From positions 8,868 to 72,867 of the forward strand of contig CAXTVI010000020.1 of assembly GCA_964247695.1 (NCBI GenBank): a stretch of DNA of 64,000 nt, read 5' to 3'. The translations under genes and the position numbers were made by a program. Of the stretch, positions 27,262 through 37,210 are shown piece by piece. The first letter of the stretch is position 1. Each line of letters begins with the position of its first letter. Source of the stretch: an uncultured Acetobacteraceae bacterium (GTDB taxonomy: Bacteria; Pseudomonadota; Alphaproteobacteria; Acetobacterales; Acetobacteraceae). Under the pieces are notes generated by a model. The model had not been told where the DNA came from, searched no databases, and worked only from the letters and a program-made list of their open reading frames with translations.

Positions 27262-29823
27262 TCACAGGGCGGCCTTGCGCGTCGACACTGCCGCGGCCTG
27301 GCCCGTCATGGTGCGGCTGGGGACGGGCCTGGTGGCGGAAACAGCCCCGGCCGGGGGCACCGCGCGGACGGCCGCGACCCTCGTCCCGGAGCGATCGAGG
27401 AGGCGGTAGGTGAGCAGCTTTGCCCGGTCGTTCAAGAGGAACCAGGCTCCGGCATAGATCCACACCATCAGGGCCCAGTACCAGGCAAGCGGCGTGACCA
27501 GACCGAGGCCGAAGATCGCAACGCACGTAGCCACCACCTGTGTGCCCAGGACGGCCATCCAGAGGATCCTGGCCGGTCGGATGGACCAGAAAGCCCCTCG
27601 GGTGCGGGTCAGGAAAATCGTGAGATGCCCTGCGACCGAGAGCTTGAGGTACATCAGCGTCTGGACCTGCGCGCGATCCAGATGGAGCACCCGCTCCCCG
27701 ATGTAGAACAGCCCGAACGCGGCGATCACGCCCAGCACGCCCAGCACCGTCGACACGCCCAGGACCACGCGCATGTTCCAGGCTTCCGGCGCGTCGCGGT
27801 AGTGCACGTTGTCATAGGCGATCGACAGGATTGCGCCATCGTTCAGCAGCGCCAGCATGACGATCATCACCGCCGTCAGCGGATAGAAGTTGAAAACCAG
27901 GATGGCCAGCGTCATGAAGAACAGCACGCGCAACGTTTCGGCGATCCGGTAGATGGCGTAGCTGTTCATCCGCTGGAAGATGCGCCGGCTCTCCTTGATC
28001 GCCTCGATGATCACCGAGAGCCCGGGCGTCATCAGCACGATCGATGCAGCCGCACGGGCCGCGTCCGTGGCACCCGAGACCGCGATGCCACAGTCGGCCT
28101 TCTTCAGGGCGGGGGCGTCGTTGACGCCATCGCCCGTCATGCCGACGATGTGGTCGTGCCTCTGCAGGGTATCGACGATGTGGAACTTGTGCTCCGGAAA
28201 GACCTGAGCAAAACCATCCGCCTGTTCGATCGACCGCGCCGTTGCGGCACCTTCGTCATGCGTGGCGTCACCCAGGCCGGCGCCGTCCAGGATATTGGCG
28301 CCCATCCCGAGCGTCTTCGCCGTCTCCCGGGCGATGGCCAGCGCGTCGCCGGTGACCATCTTGATCCTGACGCCCATCTGCCGCGCCGTTGCAATCGTCG
28401 ACCTGGCGTCCTCGCGCGGTGGATCGAACAGCGGCAGGACGCCGAGCATCCGCCAATTGCCGTCGCCGTCGGCACGCGCGACACCGAGTGCCCTGAAGCC
28501 GCGAGCGGCAAAATCGTCGACGGCCTTGGTCACCGCCTTGTTGACCGCATCGGTGCTTGCCGCCAGCGCGAGGATGACCTGGGGCGCTCCCTTGGTGACC
28601 TTGAAAAGGGTGCCGTCCGTGGCCTTGATCGTGGCCTCGGTGCGCTTGTGCACAGGGTCGAACGGCTGGAAATGCTGCAGGGCATAGCCCTGCAACACCG
28701 TCTTGTCCTTCACCCCGGCCAGCACGGCCAGGTCGATGGTGTCGTCGTTGTCCGCGCGCGACGCCAGCGCTGCATTGAGGATGACAGCGGCGGCGGGAAC
28801 GTCGGCCACGCTGTATGGCTCGCCGAGCGTCAGCTTGTTCTGGGTCAGGGTGCCGGTCTTGTCGGCACACAGCACATCCACTCCCGCCAGTTCCTCGATC
28901 GCCACGAGCTTGCTGACGATGGCCTGTTCCCTGGCGAGCAGGCGCGCTCCCACCGCCATCGTGACCGACAGCACCGTAGGCATCGCCACGGGGATCGCCG
29001 CCACCGTCAGCACCAGGGCGAACTGGAGTGTGGTGAGGATCGGTTCCCCGCGATAGATGCCGACCCCGATGATGACCGCGACCAGCACGACCGCCAGCCC
29101 GATGAGGTAGTTGCCGATCTTGAGGACGGCCTTCTGGAAATGGCTTGTGGTATGGGCCGTCTCGACAAGTTCCGCGGTCTTGCCGAAGTAGGTCTTGCTG
29201 CCGGTGGCATAGACCATCGCGCCGATCTCTCCGCGCCGGATGATCGAGCCCGAGAAGACCGCTTCACCCGACTTCCTGGCGGTCGGCAGCGACTCGCCGG
29301 TCAGTGCCGACTGATCCACCGAGATCTCGTCGCCGTCCAGCAGGCGCGCATCCGCCGGCACGATGTCACCCAGTCGGAGGCGGACGACGTCGCCGGGAAC
29401 GAGGTCCCTGGCGGGCGGCGTGACCCACTTGCCGTCACGCCTGACACGGGCCTTGATCGCCAGCTTGGCTTTCAGAGCCTCGATGGCATTGCCTGCCTGC
29501 CGCTCCTCCCAGAAGCCGATCGTTGCGTTCGCCACGAGCAGCAGCAGGATGATGAAGAAGTCCGGCCAGTGGCGGACAATGCCCGAAAGCACCACCGCCA
29601 CCTCGATCATCCAGGGGATCGGCCCCCAGAAATACGACAGGAACTTCAGTAGCGGATTGTCGCTCTCCTCCTCGATCTCGTTGGGACCGTACTGCGTGAG
29701 CCGCCTTGTCGCCTCGACCTGGGTCAGCCCGTCCGGCGACGAGGCGAGTTGCGTCTCGACCTGATCCATCGGCAGGGTCTGCAGGTCGCTCTTGATCTTA
29801 GCCGCCGAAGATACGTCTGCCAT
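27262..29823 (-). CDS. P-type ATPase, type IIIA (plasma-membrane H+-ATPase-like)
   Basis: [108 protein letters not shown]. Confidence 0.9.
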   Translation of the reverse strand: MADVSSAAKIKSDLQTLPMDQVETQLASSPDGLTQVEATRRLTQYGPNEIEEESDNPLLKFLSYFWGPIPWMIEVAVVLSGIVRHWPDFFIILLLLVANATIGFWEERQAGNAIEALKAKLAIKARVRRDGKWVTPPARDLVPGDVVRLRLGDIVPADARLLDGDEISVDQSALTGESLPTARKSGEAVFSGSIIRRGEIGAMVYATGSKTYFGKTAELVETAHTTSHFQKAVLKIGNYLIGLAVVLVAVIIGVGIYRGEPILTTLQFALVLTVAAIPVAMPTVLSVTMAVGARLLAREQAIVSKLVAIEELAGVDVLCADKTGTLTQNKLTLGEPYSVADVPAAAVILNAALASRADNDDTIDLAVLAGVKDKTVLQGYALQHFQPFDPVHKRTEATIKATDGTLFKVTKGAPQVILALAASTDAVNKAVTKAVDDFAARGFRALGVARADGDGNWRMLGVLPLFDPPREDARSTIATARQMGVRIKMVTGDALAIARETAKTLGMGANILDGAGLGDATHDEGAATARSIEQADGFAQVFPEHKFHIVDTLQRHDHIVGMTGDGVNDAPALKKADCGIAVSGATDAARAAASIVLMTPGLSVIIEAIKESRRIFQRMNSYAIYRIAETLRVLFFMTLAILVFNFYPLTAVMIVMLALLNDGAILSIAYDNVHYRDAPEAWNMRVVLGVSTVLGVLGVIAAFGLFYIGERVLHLDRAQVQTLMYLKLSVAGHLTIFLTRTRGAFWSIRPARILWMAVLGTQVVATCVAIFGLGLVTPLAWYWALMVWIYAGAWFLLNDRAKLLTYRLLDRSGTRVAAVRAVPPAGAVSATRPVPSRTMTGQAAAVSTRKAAL

Positions 29824-29977
29824 CTTATACTTCCGTTCATCCAGAGGATGGTCGTCATCGCCTGTCGCGGACCTCGCGAGATCAGCGCAAGGGATCGCAG
29901 GGAGGTCCTGCGCAACAACCGGGCACGTGTTGCCGATGCCGGCCTATTTCAGGCGGGAGGCTCCGGAGGTCCCGGAT

Positions 29978-30001
29978 GCGGCCGGACTGCTGCCCGGCCG
30001 C
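29978..30001 (-). terminator. GC hairpin 6 nt downstream of the UPF0182 stop (no U-tract)
   Basis: GCGGCCGG-actgctgc-CCGGCCGC: an 8-bp stem with an 8-nt loop. Confidence 0.3.
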
Positions 30002-30007
30002 CATCGG

Positions 30008-32659
30008 TCAGCCGCCCGGCGACTTGCTGAACACTGCCAGCGGCTTCTGGGTGATGAACAGGTTGGCCATCGCCTCGTCCAGGGTCGGCTCCATCACCAC
30101 CTTGTCGCCCGTGACCGCGATCACGCGCTTGAGCTGCGGAAAGTTCTCGCCGGCCGATTGCAGGTAGATCGGAACGATGTAGAGGAACGCGTTCTCGATC
30201 GGCGTAACGATGAGCTTGCCGCGTATCACGTGCGACCCCGACTGGTCCCACAGGGTGAGCTGTTGCGATATTGTCGGGTCCTGGTCGATCATCGCCTCGA
30301 TCTGGCTCGGACCGTAGGTCAACTTCTCCTTGGGCAACTGGTAGAACAGCTTCGAGCCGTATCCCGGGAAATCCGAACGGGCCGCCATCCAGGAGATCAT
30401 GTTGTTGCGGCCCTGCGGCGTGAACGGCGTCATCAGCAGGTACTCCAGCGTGGCGCTCCCCGGCAGCTTCATCAGCATGTAGTAGGGCTCCATCGGCGTC
30501 TGCTGTCCGCCATAGGTCTCGTTCGGCGCGACCCACAGATCCTCGCGGTTGTAGAAGACCTGGGGGTCGGTCATGTGAAAGGTCTTGTATTCGTCGGCCT
30601 GGATCGCGAACAGGTCCTCGGGATAGCGCAGATGCGCCTTCAGATCCGGCGACAGCGACGCGAGGTCCTTGAAGACCCCCGGGAATGCCCGGCTGTAGGC
30701 CGCGAGGATCGGGTCCTTCGGGTCCATGGCGTAGAACTGCACCGACCCGTCGTACATGTTGGCGACAATCTTTACCGAGTTACGGATGTAGTTGACGTCG
30801 GCGGCGAAGCCGGCCGGATGTGGATTGGCGTACGGATAGTGATCCGAGGTCGTGTAGGCGTCCTGGATCCAGAACATGCGGCCGTTGCTGAGCACCGGAT
30901 ACGGATCGGAGTCGAGCTGCAGGAACGGCGCAATATTGGTGACGCGCCGCTGGATGTCGCGCCAGATCTGGATCCTGGTGCGCGGGCCGATGTACGATGT
31001 CAGAAGGATGTTGATGTCGCCCTGCGTCCAGGCGAACAAGGCCCGGCGCCAAAGACTGTCAAGCGGGATGCCACCGGATCCGGCGTAGCTGGTATAGACG
31101 TTGTCGTTGCCCCTTGGATAGTCGAACTCCTTTGTCCGCGTGCCGACGATCCTGTAGCCGGGCATCGTCCTGCCGTAATAGATTGCCGGTTGCGTGATGC
31201 TGAGGCCAGCGGTCGATCTCGCGGGGACGTCTTCGAGGAGATATTGCGGGAAGCCTCCGCCGACTGTCCTGGAGGTGAGGTTCATCACCAGGCCGTAGCC
31301 GTGCGTGAACTGCAGATACTCGTTGACCCAGGTCTGCGCCGCCTCCGGCAGCTCGCGGGACAGCTCGCGTGTCGCGAGCATCACCTGGTGATAGCCGTCA
31401 GGGAGATGGTAGCGATCCACTCCGACATTGTAGAACTCGTAATAGAGCCGGATCGCCTGGGTCTGCTGAAACATCTGCAGCAGCGGGCGGGCATCCCACA
31501 GCCGGATGTTCTCGATCGTCTCCTGGTTGCGCGCGATGACCGCCGGCGTGAGATCGGCAAGGGCGGGGTAGGATGTCTCCTGCACGTTCGTCAGGTCATA
31601 GGCGCGGCGCGTGTAGTCGATGTAGGACTTCAGGTATGGTGTCTCGTACGCCAGTTCGCTGGGTTGGACGAGGAACTTCTGGAACAGGGTCGGGATCAGC
31701 ATGACCGTGAGGACATAGATCGCAACGAAGCCGCCGCAGCCCAGCAGCATCGGCTTCAGGCGCGGCCGGACGATGTTCACCGCGAGCAGGGCGCAGGCGA
31801 CCGCGGCGAGCACGACCATGCACCACAGCGCGGCGTTCGTCAGGTGCGCCGCGGTATAGCCTGCGCCGTACACGACGCCCATTGTCGAGTACACGAGCTC
31901 GTAGTGACCGAGCAGCAGCCCGATACCCCAGTCGGCGGCGAAGATCAGGAGCAGCAACGACAGATGCGATGTCGCGCGTCCGGCCAAGGCGCCGCTGTTT
32001 CCGCGGCTCCGGCCAACAGCCTGGAAATATGAATAGACGAGAACGACCGCGCCGGCGGTCATGATGGTCAGCAGCATCACGCTGGTCTGCAGCATCTGGT
32101 AGAATGGCAGGCGGAACACGTAGAACCCGACATCGATTCCATGCAGGGGGTCGGCAACGCCAAAGGCGCCGCCGTACCGGAAACGCAACCAGGTGTCCCA
32201 TTGACCGAAGAATGCATCGGCGGCGACCCAGGCGATCATCAGGCTGGCCATGATGATACCGGAATGAAGAAGATGCGGAGTGAGTTCCAGCTCCACGGAT
32301 CCCGTGGCCTTCGGAACCAGCGCTCTCGACATCAGGCTGCGACCGGCCGGAACGCCACCGTTGAGCAGCGCCTTGCGCAGGTTCAGCCATGCGAACGTGA
32401 AGACGATGGCGAACGAAGTCGCATACATCGTCCATTGGACGGAGAGCATCGTCCAGAAGATACCGGTGTAGTGCAGCTGCCCCATCCACAGCCATTTCTC
32501 GAGATAGCCGGTCACCATGCTGACGGCGATCAGCAGGAGAACGACGCCGGGAAGGACATACCGGGCCAGCAGGCGCAGCGTGCGTTGACGACCCGGTGGT
32601 CTCGGGTCCCGCTCGGCTTTCCTGAACGGGACCACCGGGCCGAACGCGTTCGTATCCAT
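30008..32659 (-). CDS. UPF0182-family large integral membrane protein (function unknown)
   Basis: N-terminal TM bundle (..YLEKWLWMGQLHYTGIFWTMLSVQW..WLNLRKAL). Extracytoplasmic part with ETPYLKSYIDYTRRAYDL, NIRLWDARPLLQMFQQTQAIRLYYEFYNVGVDRY and LQFTHGYGLVMN. ATG 32659 is preferred over 32713. Confidence 0.75.
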   Translation of the reverse strand: MDTNAFGPVVPFRKAERDPRPPGRQRTLRLLARYVLPGVVLLLIAVSMVTGYLEKWLWMGQLHYTGIFWTMLSVQWTMYATSFAIVFTFAWLNLRKALLNGGVPAGRSLMSRALVPKATGSVELELTPHLLHSGIIMASLMIAWVAADAFFGQWDTWLRFRYGGAFGVADPLHGIDVGFYVFRLPFYQMLQTSVMLLTIMTAGAVVLVYSYFQAVGRSRGNSGALAGRATSHLSLLLLIFAADWGIGLLLGHYELVYSTMGVVYGAGYTAAHLTNAALWCMVVLAAVACALLAVNIVRPRLKPMLLGCGGFVAIYVLTVMLIPTLFQKFLVQPSELAYETPYLKSYIDYTRRAYDLTNVQETSYPALADLTPAVIARNQETIENIRLWDARPLLQMFQQTQAIRLYYEFYNVGVDRYHLPDGYHQVMLATRELSRELPEAAQTWVNEYLQFTHGYGLVMNLTSRTVGGGFPQYLLEDVPARSTAGLSITQPAIYYGRTMPGYRIVGTRTKEFDYPRGNDNVYTSYAGSGGIPLDSLWRRALFAWTQGDINILLTSYIGPRTRIQIWRDIQRRVTNIAPFLQLDSDPYPVLSNGRMFWIQDAYTTSDHYPYANPHPAGFAADVNYIRNSVKIVANMYDGSVQFYAMDPKDPILAAYSRAFPGVFKDLASLSPDLKAHLRYPEDLFAIQADEYKTFHMTDPQVFYNREDLWVAPNETYGGQQTPMEPYYMLMKLPGSATLEYLLMTPFTPQGRNNMISWMAARSDFPGYGSKLFYQLPKEKLTYGPSQIEAMIDQDPTISQQLTLWDQSGSHVIRGKLIVTPIENAFLYIVPIYLQSAGENFPQLKRVIAVTGDKVVMEPTLDEAMANLFITQKPLAVFSKSPGG

Positions 32660-32901
32660 CTGAGTCGCTCCATGAACCGGATAAAGACACGCGTCGGCGA
32701 TCCGTCGCCTCATGAGAGCTGGAACTACCGAAGGGGCCAGTCTCGCGCCAATATACAGTTCTGGACCGGTACGTTCTGGATCGCGAGTATCGGAATCTAC
32801 TCAGCGGGCAGGCATCAATGTTGCTGCAGACGTCGCGGGCACCCGGTTGACGGATGCATGCCGACTTTCTGCTCGAGCGGGCGAGACTCGCCCCTTAGGC
32901 C

Positions 32902-34029
32902 TTACGCCTTGCCCGGAACCGCGTCGACCACCCGCGCGACCTCCGCGTCGGTCAGGTCCGGATGGATCGGCAGGGCGAGGATGCGGGTCGCGAGATCCTC
33001 CGAGACCGGCAGCGTCACCCCGTCATGCTGGTCGCGATAGGCCGGCTGGTGGTGCAGCGGGCGCGGATAGTAGATTGCACTCGGCACGCCCGCCTGCCGC
33101 AGCGCCTCCTGCGTTGCGGCGCGGACGTCCGCATCCGGCAGCAGCACCGCATACACCGCCCAGGCGCTGGTGCTGTCGGGCACCCGCGCTGGCGTTGCAA
33201 GCTTGCGCGACAAACCCGCGTCATACGCGCGCGCGATCGCCTCGCGCCGGGCGAGTTCCGCGTCGAACACGTCGAGCTTGGCAAGCAGCACCGCGGCCTG
33301 CAGCGTATCCAGCCGTCCGTTCATGCCGGTGCGCAGCACCTCGTAGCGGGTCTCGCCCTCGCCATGCGTGCGCAGCGACCGGTATAGCGACGCGCGTGCC
33401 GGATCGTCGGTGAGCAGCGCGCCGGCATCGCCATAGCCGCCCAGCGGCTTCGAGGGAAAGAAGCTGATCGCGGTGGCGTCCGCCTCGCGCCCGAGCCGGC
33501 GTCCGCCCAGGCTCGCCCCGAAGGCCTGCGCGCAGTCGTCGAGCAGGAACATTCCTTCCGCGTGCGCGATCCGACGCAGTTCCACCCACGGCGCCGGCTG
33601 CCCGAACAGGTCGACGCCGACGATCGCCGCCGGTCGCAACCGGCCGGCGCGGCGCACGATCCCGATTCGCTCGCGCAGCGACGCGCAGTCGATCTGGAAG
33701 CTGAGCGGATCCACATCGACGAACACCGGCGTCGCTCCCAGCAGCAGCGGCACCTCGGCGGTCGCGGTATAGGTGAAGGCCGGCAGGAACACGGCGTCAC
33801 CCGGCCCGATGCCCTCGGCCATCATCGCGATCTGCAGCGCGTCGGTGCCGGAACTGACGCCGACGCAGTCGTCCGCCCCGCAATAGGCGGCCAGCCGCTG
33901 CTCCAGCTCCCCGACCTCGGGGCCGAGCACGAACTGGCAGTGCGCCAGCACCGTTTCGAGCCGCGCCCGCAGGCCGGCCGCGATACGGGCCTGCTGCGCC
34001 TTGAGGTCGAGAAAGGCGATCGGGGTCAT
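32902..34029 (-). CDS. DegT/DnrJ/EryC1/StrS-family sugar aminotransferase
   Basis: FLDLKAQ..ILGPEV-type N-terminus, GVSSGTDALQIAM, ISFFPSKPLGGYGDAGAL (PLP-Lys region). The start overlaps the upstream gene's stop (34026-34029). Confidence 0.9.
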   Translation of the reverse strand: MTPIAFLDLKAQQARIAAGLRARLETVLAHCQFVLGPEVGELEQRLAAYCGADDCVGVSSGTDALQIAMMAEGIGPGDAVFLPAFTYTATAEVPLLLGATPVFVDVDPLSFQIDCASLRERIGIVRRAGRLRPAAIVGVDLFGQPAPWVELRRIAHAEGMFLLDDCAQAFGASLGGRRLGREADATAISFFPSKPLGGYGDAGALLTDDPARASLYRSLRTHGEGETRYEVLRTGMNGRLDTLQAAVLLAKLDVFDAELARREAIARAYDAGLSRKLATPARVPDSTSAWAVYAVLLPDADVRAATQEALRQAGVPSAIYYPRPLHHQPAYRDQHDGVTLPVSEDLATRILALPIHPDLTDAEVARVVDAVPGKA

Positions 34030-36110
34030 AAGGCAGTCCTTTCGGCGCGGCTCACCGGCATCGCCCGCTGGGGGAGCACCGGCGCCGGGTCGGGCAGCGC
34101 GCCGTCGCGGTTGTGCGCGAACTCGGGCACCAGGGTCTGCAGCAGGCGGATCGCGGTAGCCGTGTCGCTGCTCCGGCAGGCGGTCTCGATCGCATCGATG
34201 GTGCTGCCCACCGCCAGCAGGTCGGCGGTCCGCGGGGTGGCCATCAGCAGGCCGGGATGGCTGGTCGGCACCGGCGGCTCATGGCCGTGGAACAGCTCCT
34301 CGATCAGCTTCTCGCCCGGGCGCAGGCCGGTATAGCGGATCGCCACGTCCTCGTCCGGCCGCAGCCCGGCGAGGCGGATCATCTGGCGTGCGAGATCGAC
34401 GATCTTCACCAGCCGGCCCATATCGAGCACGAAGATGCCGCCATCGCGCAGGCGGGACGCGGTGCCGTCACCGATCCCCGAGCGCGCGGTGCCCAGCACG
34501 CTCGCCTGCAGCACCAGCCCGACCGCCTCCGGCACGGTCATGAAGTAGCGCTGCATGTCGGGATGCGTCACGGTCAGCGGGCCGCCGCGCTCGAGCTGGC
34601 GCCGGAACAGCGGCACCACCGAACCGTTGCTGCCGAGCACGTTGCCGAATCGCACCGTCACGCAGCGCATCGTTCCGGCCGCTTCGGGCGCCAGCTCCGC
34701 CAGGCCCTGCTCCCTCCCGTCCTGCTCGAGATGGCGCGCCCGGATGTCCAGCGCCTGGCAGTACATCTCGGCGGCGCGCTTGGACGCTCCCATCAGGCTG
34801 CTCGGGTTGACCGCCTTGTCGGTCGAGATCAGCACCATAGCCCGGGCGCCGGCGCGGGCCGCGGCATCGGCCACCTGCCGGGTGCCGACGATGTTGGTGA
34901 GCAGCCCCTCGACCGGGTTCAGCTCGACCATCGGGACATGCTTGAGGGCGGCGGCATGGAACACCAGCTCGGGCCGGTACGACTGGAACACGCGGTCGAT
35001 GCGCCGGGCGTCGCGCGTGTCGGCGATCACCGCGACGCGCTTCACCTGCGGCACCGTCTCGCCGAGCTCGAGGTCGATCTGCCAGAGCGCGAACTCGCCG
35101 TTGTCGACCAGCACGAGCTGCTCCGGATCGAGCGAGGCCACCTGCCGCGCCAGTTCGGATCCGATGCTGCCGCCCGCTCCGGTCACCAGCACCCGACGCC
35201 CGCGCACCAGCCCCGCCATGCCGTCGCGGTCCAGCGGCACCTGCGGCCGGTTGAGCAGCTCCTCGATCGCCACGGGGCGCAGCTCGACGCGCGCCGCCGG
35301 TGCCAGCGTGGTCGGGTTCGGCGCCCGCCGCACCGCGATGCCGCGCGCATCCGCCGCCTCGATCAGGGCGGCCAGGTTCTCGCCGCGGAAGTCCGGCTCG
35401 GTCACCACCAGCGCACGCGGGGCGCGCCCGGCGGCGGCCAGGCGGTCGAGCACCAGGCCCGCATCGCGCACCGTGCCAAGGATGCTGTGGCCGCGTATGC
35501 GCCGGCCCGCCTGGTGGGTGCCGAGCGCCAGCAGCCCCAGGATGCGCAGCGGCGAGGAGCGGTCGCGGCCGATGGCGCGCAGGAACAGGTCGGCCGGCTC
35601 GTCGGCGCCGACGAGCAGCACCGGCTGCACCTCCTCGGCGGACAGCCGCACGCGCTTGGCCTGCGACAGACGGTAGACGATGCGCAGGCCCCCGAGCATG
35701 AGCAGCAGTACCATCGCGTGGATCACCGGGAAGGTGACGCTGGGCAGCGGATAGCCGGTGACGTGGAACAGCAGCGCGAACAGCGCGGCACTCAGCACCG
35801 AGCCGCCGGCGATGCCGAGCAGGTCGGCGATCCCGGAGAAGCGCCAGTATTGCTGAGGCATGCGGAAGGGCGCGCCGCCGACCAGCAGGGTGATGGCGCC
35901 GCTGGCCAGGAACCACAGCGGATGGATCAGGCCGCCACGCGGATCGGCCAGGTAGCGGGCGATCGGCGCGGCGGCCGCGGCGAACGCGCCATCCAGCGCC
36001 ATGTTGACCAGGATGCGGTTCGCGGCACGCATGCGCGCCGACCGGCGCGGTGCGACCGGACCGGGAGGCAGCATGGGGTCCGGCGTTGGGGCGGGGCGTT
36101 GCGAGGCCAT
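34026..36110 (-). CDS. Membrane-bound nucleotide-sugar 4,6-dehydratase (PglF/WbpM/CapD family)
   Basis: Four N-terminal TM segments, then VLVTGAGGSIGSEL..VLVDNGEFAL..FHAAALKHVP..STDKAVNP. ATG 36110 is preferred over the track start at 36299. Confidence 0.85.
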   Translation of the reverse strand: MASQRPAPTPDPMLPPGPVAPRRSARMRAANRILVNMALDGAFAAAAAPIARYLADPRGGLIHPLWFLASGAITLLVGGAPFRMPQQYWRFSGIADLLGIAGGSVLSAALFALLFHVTGYPLPSVTFPVIHAMVLLLMLGGLRIVYRLSQAKRVRLSAEEVQPVLLVGADEPADLFLRAIGRDRSSPLRILGLLALGTHQAGRRIRGHSILGTVRDAGLVLDRLAAAGRAPRALVVTEPDFRGENLAALIEAADARGIAVRRAPNPTTLAPAARVELRPVAIEELLNRPQVPLDRDGMAGLVRGRRVLVTGAGGSIGSELARQVASLDPEQLVLVDNGEFALWQIDLELGETVPQVKRVAVIADTRDARRIDRVFQSYRPELVFHAAALKHVPMVELNPVEGLLTNIVGTRQVADAAARAGARAMVLISTDKAVNPSSLMGASKRAAEMYCQALDIRARHLEQDGREQGLAELAPEAAGTMRCVTVRFGNVLGSNGSVVPLFRRQLERGGPLTVTHPDMQRYFMTVPEAVGLVLQASVLGTARSGIGDGTASRLRDGGIFVLDMGRLVKIVDLARQMIRLAGLRPDEDVAIRYTGLRPGEKLIEELFHGHEPPVPTSHPGLLMATPRTADLLAVGSTIDAIETACRSSDTATAIRLLQTLVPEFAHNRDGALPDPAPVLPQRAMPVSRAERTAL

Positions 36111-36158
36111 CACCGCCGCCCTATAGCCCAGCCGGTCCTGACCTAGAAGGGAGCGGAG

Positions 36159-37193
36159 ATGCGTCTTGTCCCCGCAGCCGGCCTGCCGCCGTCGCTGCTG
36201 GTGCCCCTCTGCGTGGCAGGCCTGCTGATCTCGGCGGCCGTGGTGCGGCTGATGATCCGGGTCGGCGTGCTGGATCGTCCGGGCCACCGCAGCGCCCATG
36301 TGCGGCCGACCCCGAAGGGCGGCGGCGTCGGCCCGGTGCTGGCGCTGCTGCTACTGCTGCCGGTGGCGCTTATGCTCTCATCGGCGAGCGCTGCCACTTG
36401 GTGGCGGGCGGCGCTTCTGCTGCTGGGGGTGGCTGTGCTGGCGGTGGTCTCGTGGCTGGATGACCTGCGGCAGTACAGGCCGCTGGTCAAGCTCGCGGCC
36501 CAGGCTGGATGTGCGGCCGTCGTGGCGGCGGCGATCGCGCCGCCGGCTAGTCCCCCCTGGCCGCTGGTGATCGGCTTCGGCTGGCTGATGTTCGTCACCA
36601 ACGCCCTGAACTTCATCGATGGCCTCAACGGACTGGCCGCCGGGAGCATGGCGCTCTGCGGGCTGGCCCTCGGCCTGGACACCGGCAATCCGATGGGCGC
36701 TTGCCTCGGGCTGCTGCTCTGTGCCGGCCTGCTCGGTTTCCTGCCGTGGAACTACCCGCGCGCCCGGATCTTCCTCGGTGATGTCGGCAGCCAGGGCCTC
36801 GGGCTGGCCATCGCCGCCTGTGCACTCCTGCATTGGCGGCACGATGTCTCCGCCTCCGGACTGCTGGCCGGCCCGTTGCTGCTTGCAGGGGTGTTGTACG
36901 ACGTCGGTTTTACGCTGTGCCGCCGCGCGCTGCGCGGCGAGCGGCTGTCGGAAGCGCATCGCGGCCACTTGTACCAGATTGCGTTCCGCTCCGGCGTTCC
37001 GGCCTGGCTGGTTGCCGTTGTACATTGGGCGTTCGTTCTGTGGGGCGCCACCCTGACGCTGGCATTGCAAGCCGGCGATCCCTGGAAAGCCTCCTTCGTC
37101 GGCAGTGCTCTCGCAGCGTCTCTGCTACCGCAGGCTGCCTGGACCCTTCTGGTGATCGTGCGGGTGCGCCATCACCCGGTCGGGCACTGGTAG
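36159..37193 (+). CDS. GT4-family polyprenyl-phosphate N-acetylhexosamine-1-phosphate transferase (WecA/WbpL-like)
   Basis: DRPGHRSAHVRPTPKGGG, WLDDL, TNALNFIDGLNGLAAG, FLGDVGSQ. Divergent from the PglF-like gene across a 48-nt gap. Confidence 0.85.
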   Translation: MRLVPAAGLPPSLLVPLCVAGLLISAAVVRLMIRVGVLDRPGHRSAHVRPTPKGGGVGPVLALLLLLPVALMLSSASAATWWRAALLLLGVAVLAVVSWLDDLRQYRPLVKLAAQAGCAAVVAAAIAPPASPPWPLVIGFGWLMFVTNALNFIDGLNGLAAGSMALCGLALGLDTGNPMGACLGLLLCAGLLGFLPWNYPRARIFLGDVGSQGLGLAIAACALLHWRHDVSASGLLAGPLLLAGVLYDVGFTLCRRALRGERLSEAHRGHLYQIAFRSGVPAWLVAVVHWAFVLWGATLTLALQAGDPWKASFVGSALAASLLPQAAWTLLVIVRVRHHPVGHW

Positions 37194-37210
37194 CCCGCAC
37201 CCGGCTTGGC

